Source: Candidatus Methylomirabilia bacterium
Lineage (GTDB): Bacteria; Methylomirabilota; Methylomirabilia; Rokubacteriales; CSP1-6
Assembly (NCBI GenBank): GCA_041496385.1
Contig: JBGQEL010000094.1
Coordinates: 1 to 15,929 of the forward strand
Direction of reading: 5' to 3'
DNA: 15,929 bases
Every line of letters begins with the position of its first letter. Within the stretch, counting starts at the first letter, position 1. The position numbers and the translations under genes are program-made. The notes under the pieces are model-generated. The model saw nothing but the letters and a program-made list of their open reading frames with translations. It did no database searches and had not been told where the DNA came from. Positions 12,871-15,929 of this stretch are shown one piece after another.

Positions 12871-15222
12871 GTGGAGCCGCCGCGCGTCGAGAAGTTCGCG
12901 GTCGGCCAGTCGATCCGGCGCCTGGAGGATCCGCGCCTCGTCCGGGGGCTCGGCCGCTACTCGGACGACGTCAACCTGCCGCGCCAGGCGTACGCGGTGC
13001 TCGTGCGCTCGCCGCATGCCCACGCGCGCATCCGCTCGCTCGCCGCGGACGCCGCACGCCGCGCGCCGGGTGTCCTCGCCGTGCTCACGGGTGCCGACCT
13101 CGCCGCCGACGGCATCGGCAACCTGCCGGGCGACGCCACGCGCAAGCGGCGCGACGGCTCGCCGGCGTTCGCCACGCCGCGGCCGGCGCTCGTCCGCGAG
13201 CGCGTCCGCCACGTCGGCGACCCGGTGGCGCTGGTGGTCGCGGAGACGCCGGCGCAGGCCGTCGACGCGGCCGAGCTGGTGCGCGTGGACTGGGCGCCGC
13301 TGCCGCCCGTGGCCGCGACCGCGGACGCGGCGCGGCCCGGCGCGCCCGCCGTCTGGGACGAGGCGCCCGACAACGTCGCCTTCGTCTGGGAGGCGGGCGA
13401 CCGCGAGGCGGTCGCGCGGGCCTTCGCGGGCGCGGCGCACGTCACGCGCCTGGACTTCGTGGTCACCCGCGTGGCCGCGGCGCCGCTCGAGCCGCGCGGC
13501 GCCGTCGGCGAGTACGACCGGCGCACGGGACGCTACACGCTCCACACCGGCACGCAGGGACCGCACGGCCTCCGCGCGCTGCTCGCCGAGATGCTGCGCG
13601 CGCCGCACAGCGAGATCCGCGTGGTGTCCGCCGAGGTCGGCGGGAGCTTCGGGATGCGCAGCGGCGCCTACCCCGAGCTCGCGCTCGTGCTCTGGGCCTC
13701 GCGGCGGCTCGGGCGACCGGTGAAGTGGACGTCCGACCGGCGCGAGGGCTTCGTGACCGACGAGCACGGGCGCGACAACGTCTCGACCGCCGAGCTGGCG
13801 CTCGACGCCGGCGGCCGGTTCCTGGCGCTGCGCGTCGGGATCACGCTCAACATCGGCGCCTACCTCACGCCCCGGAGCGCGGGGCCGGGGACCAACAACG
13901 TCGGCGGCGTGGCCGGCGTGTACACCACGCCCGCCATCCACGTCCGGACGACCGGCGTCTTCACGAACATGACACCGACCGGGCCCTACCGCGGCGCCGG
14001 CCGGCCCGAGGCCACCTACGCGATCGAGCGCGTCATCGATCTGGCCGCGGGCGAGCTCGGGCTCGATCCGATCGAGCTGCGCCGCCGGAACCTCATTCCC
14101 GCGTCGGCCATGCCCTTCAAGACGGGGCTCGTCTTCACCTACGACTGCGGCGACTTCGCCCGGGGCATGCAGATGGCGCTCGAGCTTGCCGACCGCGCGG
14201 GGTTCGAGACGCGCCGCAAGGAGGCGCGCGCGCGCGGCAAGCTGCGCGGCCTCGGCGTCGCCAACCCGATCGAGGTCGCGGGCGGCCCCTACACCGCGCT
14301 GAACCCCGACACCGCCGAGCTGCGCGTCAACCCGGACGGCTCGGTCTCGCTCTTCGCGGGCTCGACGTCGATGGGCCAGGGCAACGAGACGGCCTTCGCG
14401 CAGATCGTGGGCGATCGGCTCGGCCTGCCGCCCGAGCGCGTCCACGTGTTCTCGGGCGACAGCGACGCGCTCGGCGCCGGCCGCGGCAACGGCGGCTCGG
14501 GCGCGCTCAGCGTGGGCGGCTCCGCGGTGGCGCGCGCGACCGAGAAGGTGATCGAGCGCGCCCGGCTCATCGCGGCACACCTCCTGGAGGCCGCGCCCGA
14601 GGACGTCCGGCTGCGCGACGCGACGTTCGGCGTCGCCGGGACCGACCGGGGCGTGACCCTCGCCGCCGTGGCCCGTGCCGCCTACGCGCCGCGCCAGCTC
14701 CCCGCGGGGATGGAGCCGGGCCTGAGCGAGACCGCGGCGTTCGCGCCGCCCGCGGTCACCTTCCCCAACGGCTCGCAGGTGTGCGAGGTCGAGATCGACC
14801 CGGAGACCGGCGCCGTGCGCGTCGTGCGCCACACCGTCGTCGACGACGTGGGCCGGATGGTGAACCCGATGCTCGTGAAGGGGCAGATCCACGGCGGCGT
14901 GGTCCAGGGCCTCGGCCAGGGGCTCTTCGAGCTGCTCGCGTACGACGCGACGGGCCAGCTCCTCGCCGGCTCCTTCATGGACTACGCGATGCCGCGCGCC
15001 GACGACGTGCCCTTCTTCGACGTGGACTCGCACGAGGTGCCGACCAAGGTCAACCCGCTCGGCGCCAAGGGCGTGGGCGAGGCCGGCACCGTGGGCGCGC
15101 TGCCCGCCCTCCTGAACGCCGTCACCGACGCGCTGGCGCCGCTCGGCGTCCGCCACCTCGACATGCCGGTGACGCCCGAGCGCGTCTGGCGCGCGATCCG
15201 CGACGCCCCCGGCCGGCTCTAG
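12871..15222 (+). CDS. Xanthine dehydrogenase family molybdopterin-binding large subunit (CoxL form II-like), about 783 aa
   Basis: VGQSIRRLEDPRLVRG, RSPHAHA, PLEPRG, TQGPH, VGGSFG, PYRGAGRPE, MGQGNET, GQIHGGVVQGLGQ and AKGVGEAG. GTG start 2 nt after the previous stop. Confidence 0.93.
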   Translation: MEPPRVEKFAVGQSIRRLEDPRLVRGLGRYSDDVNLPRQAYAVLVRSPHAHARIRSLAADAARRAPGVLAVLTGADLAADGIGNLPGDATRKRRDGSPAFATPRPALVRERVRHVGDPVALVVAETPAQAVDAAELVRVDWAPLPPVAATADAARPGAPAVWDEAPDNVAFVWEAGDREAVARAFAGAAHVTRLDFVVTRVAAAPLEPRGAVGEYDRRTGRYTLHTGTQGPHGLRALLAEMLRAPHSEIRVVSAEVGGSFGMRSGAYPELALVLWASRRLGRPVKWTSDRREGFVTDEHGRDNVSTAELALDAGGRFLALRVGITLNIGAYLTPRSAGPGTNNVGGVAGVYTTPAIHVRTTGVFTNMTPTGPYRGAGRPEATYAIERVIDLAAGELGLDPIELRRRNLIPASAMPFKTGLVFTYDCGDFARGMQMALELADRAGFETRRKEARARGKLRGLGVANPIEVAGGPYTALNPDTAELRVNPDGSVSLFAGSTSMGQGNETAFAQIVGDRLGLPPERVHVFSGDSDALGAGRGNGGSGALSVGGSAVARATEKVIERARLIAAHLLEAAPEDVRLRDATFGVAGTDRGVTLAAVARAAYAPRQLPAGMEPGLSETAAFAPPAVTFPNGSQVCEVEIDPETGAVRVVRHTVVDDVGRMVNPMLVKGQIHGGVVQGLGQGLFELLAYDATGQLLAGSFMDYAMPRADDVPFFDVDSHEVPTKVNPLGAKGVGEAGTVGALPALLNAVTDALAPLGVRHLDMPVTPERVWRAIRDAPGRL

Positions 15223-15429
15223 CCCGAAACAATCGTGAACGAGGACACCGAGCTCGGACGGGTGGCGCCGCGGGCTGTGCCCGCGCAGCCGGCGAAGTGG
15301 GCCCCCCGAGTCCCGTCCGCAGCTCGAAGAGCTGCGATCGGGTGAGTGGGTGACGGAGCCGGGGCGCGGGCACAGCCCCCGGCGCCAGGACCCGTCCGCC
15401 TCGCGTGGGGTCGGTTCATGAATGGCTAG
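15219..15429. repeat. CTAG-bounded 211-bp nested palindrome; MITE/REPIN-like, may also act as a bidirectional terminator
   Basis: Ends CTAGCC / GGCTAG. Arms 15256-15286 and 15364-15397, with a 15-bp perfect core gggctgtgcccgcgc / gcgcgggcacagccc. Central hairpin cgcagctc-gaa-gagctgcg at 15318-15336. Confidence 0.7.
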
Positions 15430-15430
15430 C

Positions 15431-15929
15431 TCAGCGGGCCAGGAAGCCGCCGTCCACGACCAGCTCCGTCCCCGTGACGTAGGACGCCTCGTCCGAGGCC
15501 AGAAAGAGGACGGCGTGCGCGACTTCCTCGACGCGTCCCTCGCGCCGCATCGGCACGCTCGCGAGCATCGCCGCGCGCCAGGCTGGATCGGCCGAGCCCT
15601 TCGACGTGCGCATGGGCGGCATGAAGCCGGGGTGCACCGAGTTGACGCGGATGCCGTCCGACGCGTGCTGGACCGCCGCCGACTTGGTCATGATGCGCAC
15701 CGCGCCCTTCGACGCGTTGTAGCCCATGTGGACGCCCTCCTGGCCCGCGAAGCCGGAGATCGACGAGATGTTGACGATGGCGCCGCCACCGGCGCGCCGC
15801 AGGGCGGGCACGGCGTGCTTGATGCCGAGGAACACGCCCTTGGCGTTGACGGACATGAGGGCGTCCCAGGCCGCCGTGCTCAGCAGATCGGGGTCGGAGG
15901 TCCCGCTGATGCCGGCGTTGTTGACGAGC
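15431..15929 (-). CDS. Short-chain dehydrogenase/reductase (SDR), 5' part outside the window
   Basis: LVNNAGISG at the window edge, IVNISS, catalytic YNASK, IRVNSVHPG and YVTGTELVVDGG. Confidence 0.93.
   Translation of the reverse strand, partial: LVNNAGISGTSDPDLLSTAAWDALMSVNAKGVFLGIKHAVPALRRAGGGAIVNISSISGFAGQEGVHMGYNASKGAVRIMTKSAAVQHASDGIRVNSVHPGFMPPMRTSKGSADPAWRAAMLASVPMRREGRVEEVAHAVLFLASDEASYVTGTELVVDGGFLAR

Noticed and set aside
12808..15156. 782-aa antisense ORF, and similar ones at 5280..7268, 3090..4580, 2069..3400 and 13725..15353
   Set aside because: Shadow ORFs expected from GC3 bias; no recognisable motifs.
12871..15222. Calling this gene a true aerobic CO dehydrogenase (coxL)
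   Set aside because: It lacks the form I AYxCSFR motif and has no coxM/coxS or accessory genes.
15219..15419. 66-aa and 83-aa minus-strand ORFs, or a CRISPR/tRNA reading of the palindromic region
   Set aside because: Low-complexity translations; no repeat-spacer periodicity and no cloverleaf or T-loop motif.

Overview
A very GC-rich (roughly 70% by eye), densely coding bacterial window made almost entirely of stand-alone redox and catabolic enzyme genes. In order: flavin reductase (partial) and a monothiol thioredoxin-like protein (-); an MFS transporter, MBL-fold hydrolase and class III CoA-transferase (+); a GNAT, AOR-family (probably tungsten) oxidoreductase, MoaD/ThiS sulfur carrier and mandelate-racemase-family enolase (-); a cupin and a VOC protein (+); a 510-aa uncharacterised protein and an FMN alpha-hydroxy-acid oxidase (-); a D-2-hydroxyacid dehydrogenase and an orphan xanthine-dehydrogenase/CoxL-like Mo large subunit (+); a CTAG-bounded 211-bp palindromic element; and an SDR (partial, -). 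No regulator, transposase, tRNA, rRNA or CRISPR array is visible. The most unusual items are (i) the 510-aa protein, which appears to be built from four helical repeats each with a His at an equivalent position, (ii) a 27-bp divergent spacer with overlapping -10 boxes on both strands, plus other SD-less starts just downstream of -10 boxes, (iii) the MITE/REPIN-like element, and (iv) non-canonical active-site residues in several enzymes. Family calls rest on motifs recognised by eye. Substrates, pathway links and novelty are inference and were not checked against databases.
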